Shown here piece by piece: positions 26,501 to 41,500 of a stretch of 64,000 nt of DNA. The DNA is from the human T2T-CHM13v2.0 reference genome, Homo sapiens: assembly GCF_009914755.1 (NCBI RefSeq), contig NC_060927.1; one strand, 5' to 3'. The notes beneath the pieces are model-generated. The model was not told where the DNA came from, did not search any database, and saw only the letters and a program-made list of their open reading frames with translations. Position 1 is the first letter of the stretch. Each line of letters starts with the position of its first letter. A program made the translations under genes and the position numbers.

Positions 26501-29500
26501 CTTTTCTACCATAGGCCTCAAACGGCGCTAAATATCCACCTGGAAATTCTACCAAAACTGAGTTTCAAAAGTGCTCTAGTGAAAGGAAGCTTCACCTCTG
26601 TGAGTTGAAGGTACACATCACAAAGAAGTTTCTGAGAATTCTTCTGTCTAGTTGTAAATGAAGAAATCACGTTTCAAACGAAGGCCACAAAGAGGTCCAA
26701 ATATCCACCTGCAGATTCTGCAAAAAGAGTGTTTCCAAACTGCTCCATCAAGAGGAATGTTCAACTCTGTGCGTTGAATGCAAATATCACAAATAAGTTT
26801 CTGACAATACTTCTGTCTAGTTTTTATGTGAAGATATTTCCTTTCCTACTGTAGGCCTCAAAACGCTCTAAATATACACTTGCAAATTCCACAAAAAGAG
26901 TGTTTCCAAACTGCTCTATCAAAGGAAGTTTAAACTCTGTCAGCTTAATGCAAGCATCACAAAACAGCTTCGGAGAATGAATCTGCCTAGTTTTTCTGTG
27001 AAGATATTTCTTTTTCTGCCATAGACCTCAAACCGCTGTAAAAATCCACTTGGAAATTCTACAAAAAGAGTATTTCAAAACTCTTCTATCGAAAGGAAGT
27101 CTCAACTCCATGAGTTAAATGCACATATCAAAAATAATTTTCTGAGGATTCTTCTTTCAAGTTTTATATGAAGAAATCCCGTTTCCAAAGATGGCCTCAG
27201 AAAAGTCCCAATATACACTTGCAGATTCTACAAAAAGCGTTTTTCAAAACTGCTCTACCAAAAGGAAGGTTAAACTCTGTGAGTTGAAGGCGCATATCAC
27301 AAAGTAGTTTCTGAGAATCATTCTGTCTAGTTTTTCTATGAAGATATTGCCTTTTCCACCATAGGCCTCAAACGGCGCTAAATATCCACTTGGAAATTCT
27401 ACAAAAAGAGAGTTACTAAACTGCTCTATCGAAAGGAAGCTTCAACGCTGCGAGTTGAAAGCACACATCACGAAGAAGTTTATGAGAATTCTTCTGTCTA
27501 CTTTTGTATGAAGCAGTCACGTTTCAAACGAAGACCACAAAGAGGTCCAAATATCCACTTGGAGATTCAACAAAAAGAGTTTTTCAAAACTGCCCCGTCA
27601 AGAGGAATATTCAACTCTGCGAGTTGAAGGCTGGTATCACATAGTAGTTCCCGACAATGCTTCTGTCTAGATTTTATGTGAAGACATTCCCTTTTGTACC
27701 ACAGGCCTGAAAGCACTCTAAATATAGAATTGCAAATTCCACAAAAAGAGTGTTGAAAACCGCTCTATCCAAAGAAAGGTTAAACTCTGTCAGCTGAATG
27801 CGCACATCACACAGCAGCTTCAGAGAACAATTATGTCTAGTTTTTCTGTGAAGATAGTTTCTCTTCTACATAGGCCTGAAACCGCTCTAAATATTCACTT
27901 GGAAATTCTACAAAAAGAATATTTCAACACTCTTCTATCAAAAGGAAGGTTGAACTCTGAGAGCTAAACGCACACATCACAGAGAAGTTTCTGAGAATTC
28001 TTCTGTCAAGGTTTATATGAAGAAACCCCGTTTCCAATGAAGGCCTCAAAAAAGTCCAAATACTTACTTGCCGATTCCACAGAAAGAGTGTTTCATAACT
28101 GGTCTATCAAAAGAAAGGTTAAACTCAGTGAGTTGAACCCACACATCACAAAGTAGCTTCTGAGAATCATTCTGTCTAGTTCTCCTACGAAGATATTGCC
28201 TTTTCTACCATAGGCCTCAAACGGCGCAAAATATCCACCTGGAAATTCTACCAAAACTGAGTTTCAAAAGTGCTCTAGTGAAAGGAAGCTTCACCTCTGT
28301 GAGTTGAAGGTACACATCACAAAGAAGTTTCTGAGAATTCTTCTGTCTAGTTGTAAATGAAGAAATCACGTTTCAATCGAAGGCCACAAAGAGGTCCAAA
28401 TATCCACCTGCAGATTCTGCAAAAAGAGGGTTTCAAAACTGCTCCATCAAGAGGAATGTTCAACTCTGTGCGTTGAATGCAAATATCACAAATAAGTTTC
28501 TGACAATACTTCTGTCTAGTTTTTATGTGAAGATATTTCCTTTCCTACTGTAGGCCTCAAAACGCTCTAAATATACACTTGCAAATTCCACAAAAAGAGT
28601 GTTTCCAAACTGCTCTATCAAAGGAAGTTTAAACTCTGTCAGCTTAATGCAAACATCACAAAACAGCTTCGGAGAATGAATCTGCCTAGTTTTTCTGTGA
28701 AGATATTTCTTTTTCTGCCATAGACCTGAAACCGCTGTAAAAATCCACTTGGAAATTCTACAAAAAGAGTATTTCAAAACTCTTCTATCGAAAGGAAGTC
28801 TCAACTCCATGAGTTAAATGCACATATCACAAATAATTTTCTGAGGATTCTTCTTTCAAGTTTTATATGAAGAAATCCCGTTTCCAAAGATGGCCTCAGA
28901 AAAGTCCCAATATACACTTGCAGATTCTACAAAAAGCGTTTTTCAAAACTGCTCTACCAAAAGGAAGGTTAAACTCTGTGAGTTGAAGGCACACATCACA
29001 AAGTAGTTTCTGAGAATCATTCTGTCTAGTTTTTCTATGAAGATATTGCCTTTTCCACCATAGGCCTCAAACGGCGCTAAATATCCACTTGGAAATTCTA
29101 CAAAAAGAGAGTTACTAAACTGCTCTATCGAAAGGAAGCTTCAACGCTGCGAGTTGAAAGCACACATCACGAAGAAGTTTATGAGAATTCTTCTGTCTAC
29201 TTTTGTATGAAGCAGTCACTTTTCAAACGAAGGCCACAAAGAGGTCCAAATATCCACTTGGAGATTCAACAAAAAGAGTTTTTCAAAACTGCCCCGTCAA
29301 GAGGAATATTCAACTCTGCGAGTTGAAGGCTGGTATCACATAGTAGTTCCCGAGAATGCTTCTGTCTAGATTTTATGTGAAGACATTCCCTTTTGTACCA
29401 CAGGCCTGAAAGCACTCTAAATATAGAATTGCAAATTCCACAAAAAGAGTGTTGAAAACCGCTCTATCCAAAGAAAGGTTAAACTCTGTCAGCTGAATGC

Positions 29501-32500
29501 GCACATCACAGAGCAGCTTCAGAGAACAATTATGTCTAGTTTTTCTGTGAAGATAGTTTCTCTTCTACATAGGCCTGAAACTGCTCTAAATATTCACTTG
29601 GAAATTCTACAAAAAGAATATTTCAACACTCTTCTATCAAAAGGAAGGTTGAACTCTGAGAGTTAAACGCACACATCACAGAGAAGTTTCTGAGAATTCT
29701 TCTGTCAAGGTTTATATGAAGAAACCCCGTTTCCAATGAAGGCCTCAAAAAAGTCCAAATATTTACTTGCCGATTCCACAGAAAGAGTGTTTCATAACTG
29801 GTCTATCAAAAGAAAGGTTAAACTCAGTGAATTGAACCCACACATCACAAAGTAGCTTCTGAGAATCATTCTGTCTAGTTCTCCTACGAAGATATTGCCT
29901 TTTCTACCATAGGCCTCAAACGGCGCAAAATATCCACCTGGAAATTCTACCAAAACTGAGTTTCAAAAGTGCTCTATTGAAAGGAAGCTTCACCTCTGTG
30001 AGTTGAAGGTACACATCACCAAGAAGTTTCTGAGAATTCTTCTGTCTAGTTGTAAATGAAGAAATCACGTTTCAAACGAAGGCCACAAAGAGGTCCAAAT
30101 ATCCAGCTGCAGATTCTGCAAAAAGAGGGTTTGAAAACTGCTCCATCAAGAGGAATGTTCAACTCTGTGCGTTGAATGCAAATATCACAAATAAGTTTCT
30201 GACAATATTTCTGTCTAGTTTTTATGTGAAGATATTTACTTTCCTACTGTAGGCCTCAAAAGGCTCTAAATATACACTTGCAAATTCCACAAAAAGAGTG
30301 TTTCCAAACTGCTCTATCAAAGGAAGTTTAAACTCTGTCAGCTGAATGCAAGCATCACAAAACAGCTTCGGAGAATGAATCTGCCTAGTTTTTCTGTGAA
30401 GATATTTCTTTTTCTGCCATAGACCTCAAACCGCTGTAAAAATCCACTTGGAAATTCTACAAAAAGAGTATTTCAAAACTCTTCTATCGAAAGGAAGTCT
30501 CAACTCCATGAGTTAAATGCACATATCACAAATAATTTTCTGAGGATTCTTCTTTCAAGTTTTATATGAAGAAATCCCGTTTCCAAAGATGGCCTCAGAA
30601 AAGTCCCAATACACACTTGCAGATTCTACAAAAAGAGTTTTTCAAAACTGCTCTACCAAAAGGAAGGTTAAACTCTGTGAGTTGAAGGCACACATCACAA
30701 AGTAGTTTCTGAGAATCATTCTGTCTAGTTTTTCTATGAAGATATTGCCTTTTCCACCATAGGCCTCAAACGGCGCTAAATATCCACTTGGAAATTCTAC
30801 AAAAAGAGAGTTACTAAACTGCTCTATCGAAAGGAAGCTTCAACGCTGCGAGTTGAAACCACACATCACGAAGTAGTTTATGAGAATTCTTCTGTCTACT
30901 TTTGTATGAAGCAGTCACGTTTCAAACGAAGGCCACAAAGAGGTCCAAATATCCACTTGGAGATTCAACAAAAAGAGTTTTTCAAAACTGCTCCATCAAG
31001 AGGAATATTCAACTCTGAGAGTTGAAGGCTGGTATCACAAAGTAGTTCCCGACAATGCTTCTGTCTAGATTTTATGTGAAGACATTCCCTTTTGTACCAC
31101 AGGCCTGAAAGCACTCTAAATATAGAATTGCAAATTCCACAAAAAGAGTGTTGAAAACCGCTCTATCCAAAGAAAGGTTAAACTCTGTCAGCTGAATGCG
31201 CACATCACAGAGCAGCTTCAGAGAACAATTATGTCTAGTTTTTCTGTGAAGATAGTTTCTCTTCTACATAGGCCTGAAACCGCTCTAAATATTCACTTGG
31301 AAATTCTGCAAAAAGAATATTTCAACACTCTTCTATCAAAAGGAAGGTTGAACTCTGAGAGTTAAACGCACACATCACAGAGAAGTTTCTGAGAATTCTT
31401 CTGTCAAGGTTTATATGAAGAAACCCCGTTTCCAATGAAGGCCTCAAAAAAGTCCAAATATTTACTTGCCGATTCCACAGAAAGAGTGTTTCATAACTGG
31501 TCTATCAAAAGAAAGGTTAAACTCAGTGAGTTGAACCCACACATCACAAAGTAGCTTCTGAGAATCATTCTGTCTAGTTCTCCTACGAAGATATTGCCTT
31601 TTCTACCATAGGCCTCAAACGGCGCAAAATATCCACCTGGAAATTCTACCAAAACTGAGTTTCAAAAGTGCTCTATTGAAAGGAAGCTTCACCTGTGTGA
31701 GTTGAAGGTACACATCACAAAGAAGTTTCTGAGAATTCTTCTGTCTAGTTGTAAATGAAGAAATCGCGTTTCAAACGAAGGCCACAAAGAGGTCCAAATA
31801 TCCACCTGCAGATTCTGCAAAAAGAGGGTTTCAAAACTGCTCCATCAAGAGGAATGTTCAACTCTGTGCGTTGAATGCAAATATCACAAATAAGTTTCTG
31901 ACAATACTTCTGTCTAGTTTTTATGTGAAGATATTTCCTTTCCTACTGTAGGCCTCAAAACGCTCTAAATATACACTTGCAAATTCCACAAAAAGAGTGT
32001 TTCCAAACTGCTCTATCAAAGGAAGTTTAAACTCTGTCAGCTTAATGCAAGCATCACAAAACAGCTTCGGAGAATGAATCTGCCTAGTTTTTCTGTGAAG
32101 ATATTTCTTTTTCTGCCATAGACCTCAAACCGCTGTAAAAATCCACTTGGAAATTCTACAAAAAGAGTATTTCAAAACTCTTCTATCGAAAGGAAGTCTC
32201 AACTCCATGAGTTAAATGCACATATCACAAATAATTTTCTGAGGATTCTTCTTTCAAGTTTTATATGAAGAAATCCCGTTTCCAAAGATGGCCTCAGAAA
32301 AGTCCCATTATACACTTGCAGATTCTACAAAAAGAGTTTTTCAAAACTGCTCTACCAAAAGGAAGGTTAAACTCTGTGAGTTGAAGGCACACATCACAAA
32401 GTAGTTTCTGAGAATCATTCTGTCTAGTTTTTCTATGAAGATATTGCCTTTTCCACCATAGGCCTCAAACGGCGCTAAATATCCACTTGGAAATTCTACA

Positions 32501-35500
32501 AAAAGAGAGTTACTAAACTGCTCTATCGAAAGGAAGCTTCAAGGCTGCGAGTTGAAAGCACACATCACGAAGAAGTTTATGAGAATTCTTCTGTCTACTT
32601 TTGTATGAAGCAGTCACGTTTCAAACGAAGGCCACAACGAGGTCCAAATATCCACATGGAGATTCAACAAAAAGAGTTTTTCAAAACTGCTCCATCAAGA
32701 GGAATATTCAACTCTGAGAGTTGAAGGCAGGTATCACAAAGTAGTTCCCGGCAATGCTTCTGTCTAGATTTTATGTGAAGACATTCCCTTTTGTACCACA
32801 GGCCTGAAACCACTCTAAATATAGAATTGCAAATTCCAAAAAAAGAGTGTTGAAAACCGCTCTATCCAAAGAAAGGTTAAACTCTGTCAGCTGAATGCGC
32901 ACATCACAGAGCAGCTTCAGAGAACAGTTATGTCTAGTTTTTCTGTGAAGATAGTTTCTCTTCTACATAGGCTTAAAACCGCTCTAGATATTCACTTGGA
33001 AATTTTACAAAAGGAATATTTCAACACTCTTCTATCAAAAAGAAGGTTGAACTCTGAGAGTTAAAGGCACACATCACAGTGAAGTTTCTGAGAATTCTTC
33101 TGTCAGGGTTTATATGAAGAAACCCCGTTTCCAATGAAGGCCTCAAAAAAGTCCAAATATTTACTTGCAGATTCCACAGAAAGAGTGTTTCATAACTGGT
33201 CTATCAAAAGAAAGGTTAAACTCAGTGAGTTGAACCCACACATCACAAAGTAGCTTCTGAGAATCATTCTGTTTAGTTTTCCTACGAAGATATTGCCTTT
33301 TCTACCATAGGCCTCAAACGGCGATAAATATCCACCTGGAAATTCTACCAAAACTGAGTTTCAAAAGTGCTCTATTGAAGGGAAGCTTCACCTCTGTGAG
33401 TTGAAGGTACACATCACAAAGAAGTTTCTGAGAATTCTTCTGTCTAGTTGTAAATGCAGAAATCTCGTTTCAAACGAAGGCCACAAAGAGGTCCAAATAT
33501 CCAGCTGCAGATTCTGCAAATTAGGGTTTGAAAACTGCTCCATCAAGAGGAATGTTCAACTCTGTGCGTTGAATGCAAATATCACAAATAAGTTTCTGAC
33601 AATACTTCTGTCTAGCTTTTATGTGAAGATATTTCCTTTCCTACTGTAGGCCTCAAAACGCTCTAAATATACACTTGCAAATTCCACAAAAAGAGTGTTT
33701 CCAAACTGCTCTATCAAAGGAAGTTTAAACTCTGTCAGCTTAATGCAAGCATCACAAAACAGCTTCGGAGAATGAATCTGCCTAGTTTTTCTGTGAAGAT
33801 ATTTCTTTTTCTGCCATAGACCTCAAACCGCTGTAAAAATCCACTTGGAAATTCTACAAAAAGAGTATTTCAAAACTCTTCTATCAAAAGGAAGTCTCAA
33901 CTCCATGAGTTAAATGCACATATCACAAATAATTTTCTGAGGATTCTTCTTTCAAGTTTTATATGAAGAAATCCCGTTTCCAAAGATGGCCTCAGAAAAG
34001 TCCCAATATACACTTGCAGATTCTACAAAAAGCGTTTTTGAAAACTGCTCTACCAAAAGGAAGGTTAAACTCTGTGAGTTGAAGGCACACATCACAAAGT
34101 AGTTTCTGAGAATCATTCTGTCTAGTTTTTCTATGAAGATATTGCCTTTTCCACCATAGGCCTCAAACGGCGCTAAATATCCACTTGGAAATTCTACAAA
34201 AAGAGAGTTACTAAACTGCTCTATCGAAAGGAAGCTTCAACGCTGCGAGTTGAAAGCACACATCACGAAGAAGTTTATGAGAATTCTTCTGTCTACTTTT
34301 GTATGAAGCAGTCACGTTTCAAACGAAGGCCACAAGGAGGTCCAAATATCCACTTGGAGATTCAACAACAAGAGTTTTTCAAAACTGCTCCGTCAAGAGG
34401 AATATTCAACTCTGAGAGTTGAAGGCAGGTATCACAAAGTAGTTCCCGACAATGCTTCTGTCTAGATTTTATGTGAAGACATTTCCTCTTGTACCACAGG
34501 CCTGAAAGCACTCTAAATATAGAATTGCAAATTCCACAAAAAGAGTGTTGAAAACCGCTCTATCCAAAGAAAGGTTAAACTCTGTCAGCTGAATGCGCAC
34601 ATCACAGAGCAGCTTCAGAGAACAGTTATGTCTAGTTTTTCTGTGAAGATAGTTTCTCTTCTACATAGGCTTAAAACCGCTCTAGATATTCACTTGGAAA
34701 TTTTACAAAAGGAATATTTCAACACTCTTCTATCAAAAAGAAGGTTGAACTCTGAGAGTTAAAGGCACACATCACAGTGAAGTTTCTGAGAATTCTTCTG
34801 TCAGGGTTTATATGAAGAAACCCCGTTTCCAATGAAGGCCTCAAAAAAGTCCAAATATTTACTTGCAGATTCCACAGAAAGAGTGTTTCATAACTGGTCT
34901 ATCAAAAGAAAGGTTAAACTCAGTGAGTTGAACCCACACATCACAAAGTAGCTTCTGAGAATCATTCTGTTTAGTTTTCCTACGAAGATATTGCCTTTTC
35001 TACCATAGGCCTCAAACGGCGATAAATATCCACCTGGAAATTCTACCAAAACTGAGTTTCAAAAGTGCTCTATTGAAGGGAAGCTTCACCTCTGTGAGTT
35101 GAAGGTACACATCACAAAGAAGTTTCTGAGAATTCTTCTGTCTAGTTGTAAATGCAGAAATCTCGTTTCAAACGAAGGCCACAAAGAGGTCCAAATATCC
35201 AGCTGCAGATTCTGCAAATTAGGGTTTGAAAACTGCTCCATCAAGAGGAATGTTCAACTCTGTGCGTTGAATGCAAATATCACAAATAAGTTTCTGACAA
35301 TACTTCTGTCTAGCTTTTATGTGAAGATATTTCCTTTCCTACTGTAGGCCTCAAAACGCTCTAAATATACACTTGCAAATTCCACAAAAAGAGTGTTTCC
35401 AAACTGCTCTATCAAAGGAAGTTTAAACTCTGTCAGCTTAATGCAAGCATCACAAAACAGCTTCGGAGAATGAATCTGCCTAGTTTTTCTGTGAAGATAT

Positions 35501-38500
35501 TTCTTTTTCTGCCATAGACCTCAAACCGCTGTAAAAATCCACTTGGAAATTCTACAAAAAGAGTATTTCAAAACTCTTCTATCAAAAGGAAGTCTCAACT
35601 CCATGAGTTAAATGCACATATCACAAATAATTTTCTGAGGATTCTTCTTTCAAGTTTTATATGAAGAAATCCCGTTTCCAAAGATGGCCTCAGAAAAGTC
35701 CCAATATACACTTGCAGATTCTACAAAAAGCGTTTTTGAAAACTGCTCTACCAAAAGGAAGGTTAAACTCTGTGAGTTGAAGGCACACATCACAAAGTAG
35801 TTTCTGAGAATCATTCTGTCTAGTTTTTCTATGAAGATATTGCCTTTTCCACCATAGGCCTCAAACGGCGCTAAATATCCACTTGGAAATTCTACAAAAA
35901 GAGAGTTACTAAACTGCTCTATCGAAAGGAAGCTTCAACGCTGCGAGTTGAAAGCACACATCACGAAGAAGTTTATGAGAATTCTTCTGTCTACTTTTGT
36001 ATGAAGCAGTCACGTTTCAAACGAAGGCCACAAGGAGGTCCAAATATCCACTTGGAGATTCAACAACAAGAGTTTTTCAAAACTGCTCCGTCAAGAGGAA
36101 TATTCAACTCTGAGAGTTGAAGGCAGGTATCACAATGTAGTTCCCGACAATGCTTCTGTCTAGATTTTATGTGAAGACATTTCCTCTTGTACCACAGGCC
36201 TGAAAGCACTCTAAATATAGAATTGCAAATTCCACAAAAAGAGTGTTGAAAACCGCTCTATCCAAAGAAAGGTTAAACTCTGTCAGCTGAATGCGCACAT
36301 CACAGAGCAGCTTCAGAGAACAGTTATGTCTAGTTTTTCTGTGAAGATAGATTATCTTCTACATAGGCCTGAAACCGCTCTAAATATTCACTTGGAAATT
36401 CTACAAAAACAATATTTCAACACTCTTCTATCAAAAGGAAGGTTGAACTCTGAGAGTTAAACGCACACATCACAGAGAAGTTTCTGAGAATTCTTCTGTC
36501 AAGGTTTATATGAAGAAACCCCGTTTCCAATGAAGGCCTAAAAAAGTCCAAATATTTACTTGCAAGTTCCACAGAAAGAGTGTTTCATAACTGGTCTAGC
36601 AAAAGAAAGGTTAAACTCAGTGAGTTGAACCCACACTTCACAAAGTAGCTTCTGAGAATCATTCTGTCTAGTTCTCCTACGAAGATATTGCCTTTTCTAC
36701 CATAGGCCTCAAACGGCGCAAAATATCCACCTGGAAATTCTACCAAAACTGAGTTTCAAAAGTGCTCTATTGAAAGGAAGCTTCACCTCTGTGAGTTGAA
36801 GGTACACATCACAAAGAAGTTTCTGAGAATTCTTCTGTCTAGTTGTAAATGAAGAAATCACGTTTCAAACGAAGGCCACAAAGAGGTCCAAATATCCACC
36901 TGCAGATTCTGCAAAAAGAGGGTTTGAAAACTGCTCCATCAAGAGGAATGTTCAACTCTGTGCGTTGAATGCAAATATCACAAATAAGTTTCTGACAATA
37001 CTTCTGTCTAGTTTTTATGTGAAGATATTTCCTTTCCTACTGTAGGCCTCAAAACGCTCTAAATATACACTTGCAAATTCCACAAAAAGAGTGTTTCCAA
37101 ACTGCTCTATCAAAGGAAGTTTAAACTCTGTCAGCTTAATGCAAGCATCACAAAACAGCTTCGGAGAATGAATCTGCCTAGTTTTTCTGTGAAGATATTT
37201 CTTTTTCTGCCATAGACTTCAAACCGCTGTAAAAATCCACTTGGAAATTCTGCAAAAAGAGTATTTCAAAACTCTTCTATCGAAAGGAAGTCTCAACTCC
37301 ATGAGTTAAATGCACATATCACAAATAATTTTCTGAGGATTCTTCTTTCAAGTTTTATATGAAGAAATCCCGTTTCCAAAGATGGCCTCAGAAAAGTCCC
37401 AATATACACTTGCAGATTCTACAAAAAGCGTTTTTGAAAACTGCTCTACCAAAAGGAAGGTTAAACTCTGTGAGTTGAAGGCACACATCACAAAGTAGTT
37501 TCTGAGAATCATTCTGTCTAGTTTTTCTATGAAGATATTACCTTTTCCACCATAGGCCTCAAACGGCGCTAAATATCCACTTGGAAATTCTACAAAAAGA
37601 GAGTTACTAAACTGCTCTGTCGAAAGGAAGCTTCAACGCTGCGAGTTGAAAGCACACATCACGAAGAAGTTTATGAGAATTCTTCTGTCTACTTTTGTAT
37701 GAAGCAGTCACGTTTCAAACGAAGGCCACAAAGAGGTCCAAATATCCACTTGGAGATACAACAAAAAGAGTTTTTCAAAACTGCTCCGTCAAGAGGAATA
37801 TTCAACTCTGAGAGTTGAAGGCAGGTATCACAAAGTAGTTCCCGGCAATGCTTCTGTCTAGATTTTATGTGAAGACATTCCCTTTTGTACCACAGGCCTG
37901 AAAGCACTCTAAATATAGAATTGCAAATTCCACAAAAAGAGTGTTGAAAACCGCTCTATCCAAAGAAAGGTTAAACTCTGTCAGCTGAATGCGCACATCA
38001 CAGAGCAGCTTCAGAGAACAATTATGTCTAGTTTTTCTGTGAAGATAGGTTCTCTTCTACATAGGCCTGAAACCGCTCTAAATATTCACTTGGAAATACT
38101 ACAAAAAGAATATTTCAACACTCTTCTATCAAAAGGAAGGTTGAACTCTGAGAGTTAAACGCACACATCACAGAGAAGTTTCTGAGAATTCTTCTGTCAA
38201 GGTTTATATGAAGAAACCCCGTTTCCAATGAAGGCCTCAAAAAAGTCCAAAAATTTACTTGCAGATTCCACAAAAAGAGTGTTTCATAACTGGTCTATCA
38301 AAAGAAAGGTGAAACTCAGTGAGTTGAACCCACACATCACAAAGTAGCTTCTGAGAATCATTCTGTCTAGTTCTCCTACGAAGATATTGCCTTTTCTACC
38401 ATAGGCCTCAAACGGCGCTAAATATCCACCTGGAAATTCTACCAAAACTGAGTTTCAAAAGTGCTCTAGTGAAAGGAAGCTTCACCTCTGTGAGTTGAAG

Positions 38501-41500
38501 GTACACATCACAAAGAAGTTTCTGAGAATTCTTCTGTCTAGTTGTAAATGAAGAAATCACGTTTCAAACGAAGGCCACAAAGAGGTCCAAATATCCACCT
38601 GCAGATTCTGCAAAAAGAGGGTTTCAAAACTGCTCCATCAAGAGGAATGTTCAACTCTGTGCGTTGAATGCAAATATCACAAATAAGTTTCTGACAATAC
38701 TTCTGTCTAGTTTTTATGTGAAGATATTTCCTTTCCTACTGTAGGCCTCAAAACGCTCTAAATATACACTTGCAAATTCCACAAAAAGAGTGTTTCCAAA
38801 CTGCTCTATCAAAGGAAGTTTAAACTCTGTCAGCTTAATGCAAGCATCACAAAACAGCTTCGGAGAATGAATCTGCCTAGTTTTTCTGTGAAGATATTTC
38901 TTTTTCTGCCATAGACCTCAAACCGCTGTAAAAATCCACTTGGAAATTCTACAAAAAGAGTATTTCAAAACTCTTCTATCGAAAGGAAGTCTCAACTCCA
39001 TGAGTTAAATGCACATATCACAAATAATTTTCTGAGGATTCTTCTTTCAAGTTTTATATGAAGAAATCCCGTTTCCAAAGATGGCCTCAGAAAAGTCCCA
39101 ATATACACTTGCAGATTCTACAAAAAGCGTTTTTCAAAACTGCTCTACCAAAAGGAAGGTTAAACTCTGTGAGTTGAAGGCACATATCACAAAGTAGTTT
39201 CTGAGAATCATTCTGTCTAGTTTTTCTATGAAGATATTGCCTTTTCCACCATAGGCCTCAAACGGCGCTAAATATCCACTTGGAAATTCTACAAAAAGAG
39301 AGTTACTAAACTGCTCTATCGAAAGGAAGCTTCAACGCTGCGAGTTGAAAGCACACATCACGAAGAAGTTTATGAGAATTCTTCTGTCTACTTTTGTATG
39401 AAGCAGTCACGTTTCAAACGAAGACCACAAAGAGGTCCAAATATCCACTTGGAGATTCAACAAAAAGAGTTTTTCAAAACTGCCCCGTCAAGAGGAATAT
39501 TCAACTCTGCGAGTTGAAGGCTGGTATCACATAGTAGTTCCCGACAATGCTTCTGTCTAGATTTTATGTGAAGACATTCCCTTTTGTACCACAGGCCTGA
39601 AAGCACTCTAAATATAGAATTGCAAATTCCACAAAAAGAGTGTTGAAAACCGCTCTATCCAAAGAAAGGTTAAACTCTGTCAGCTGAATGCGCACATCAC
39701 ACAGCAGCTTCAGAGAACAATTATGTCTAGTTTTTCTGTGAAGATAGTTTCTCTTCTACATAGGCCTGAAACCGCTCTAAATATTCACTTGGAAATTCTA
39801 CAAAAAGAATATTTCAACACTCTTCTATCAAAAGGAAGGTTGAACTCTGAGAGTTAAACGCACACATCACAGAGAAGTTTCTGAGAATTCTTCTGTCAAG
39901 GTTTATATGAAGAAACCCCGTTTCCAATGAAGGCCTCAAAAAAGTCCAAATACTTACTTGCCGATTCCACAGAAAGAGTGTTTCATAACTGGTCTATCAA
40001 AAGAAAGGTTAAACTCAGTGAGTTGAACCCACACATCACAAAGTAGCTTCTGAGAATCATTCTGTCTAGTTCTCCTACGAAGATATTGCCTTTTCTACCA
40101 TAGGCCTCAAACGGCGCAAAATATCCACCTGGAAATTCTACCAAAACTGAGTTTCAAAAGTGCTCTAGTGAAAGGAAGCTTCACCTGTGTGAGTTGAAGG
40201 TACACATCACAAAGAAGTTTCTGAGAATTCTTCTGTCTAGTTGTAAATGAAGAAATCACGTTTCAATCGAAGGCCACAATGAGGTCCAAATATCCACCTG
40301 CAGATTCTGCAAAAAGAGGGTTTCAAAACTGCTCCATCAAGAGGAATGTTCAACTCTGTGCGTTGAATGCAAATATCACAAATAAGTTTCTGACAATACT
40401 TCTGTCTAGTTTTTATGTGAAGATATTTCCTTTCCTACTGTAGGCCTCAAAAGGCTCTAAATATACACTTGCAAATTCCACAAAAAGAGTGTTTCCAAAC
40501 TGCTCTATCAAAGGAAGTTTAAACTCTGTCAGCTTAATGCAAGCATCACAAAACAGCTTCGGAGAATGAATCTGCCTAGTTTTTCTGTGAAGATATTTCT
40601 TTTTCTGCCATAGACCTGAAACCGCTGTAAAAATCCACTTGGAAATTCTACAAAAAGAGTATTTCAAAACTCTTCTATCGAAAGGAAGTCTCAACTCCAT
40701 GAGTTAAATGCACATATCACAAATAATTTTCTGAGGATTCTTCTTTCAAGTTTTATATGAAGAAATCCCGTTTCCAAAGATGGCCTCAGAAAAGTCCCAA
40801 TATACACTTGCAGATTCTACAAAAAGCGTTTTTCAAAACTGCTCTACCAAAAGGAAGGTTAAACTCTGTGAGTTGAAGGCACACATCACAAAGTAGTTTC
40901 TGAGAATCATTCTGTCTAGTTTTTCTATGAAGATATTGCCTTTTCCACCATAGGCCTCAAACGGCGCTAAATATCCACTTGGAAATTCTACAAAAAGAGA
41001 GTTACTAAACTGCTCTATCGAAAGGAAGCTTCAACGCTGCGAGTTGAAAGCACACATCACGAAGAAGTTTATGAGAATTCTTCTGTCTACTTTTGTATGA
41101 AGCAGTCACTTTTCAAACGAAGGCCACAAAGAGGTCCAAATATCCACTTGGAGATTCAACAAAAAGAGTTTTTCAAAACTGCCCCGTCAAGAGGAATATT
41201 CAACTCTGCGAGTTGAAGGCTGGTATCACATAGTAGTTCCCGAGAATGCTTCTGTCTAGATTTTATGTGAAGACATTCCCTTTTGTACCACAGGCCTGAA
41301 AGCACTCTAAATATAGAATTGCAAATTCCACAAAAAGAGTGTTGAAAACCGCTCTATCCAAAGAAAGGTTAAACTCTGTCAGCTGAATGCGCACATCACA
41401 GAGCAGCTTCAGAGAACAATTATGTCTAGTTTTTCTGTGAAGATAGTTTCTCTTCTACATAGGCCTGAAACCGCTCTAAATATTCACTTGGAAATTCTAC

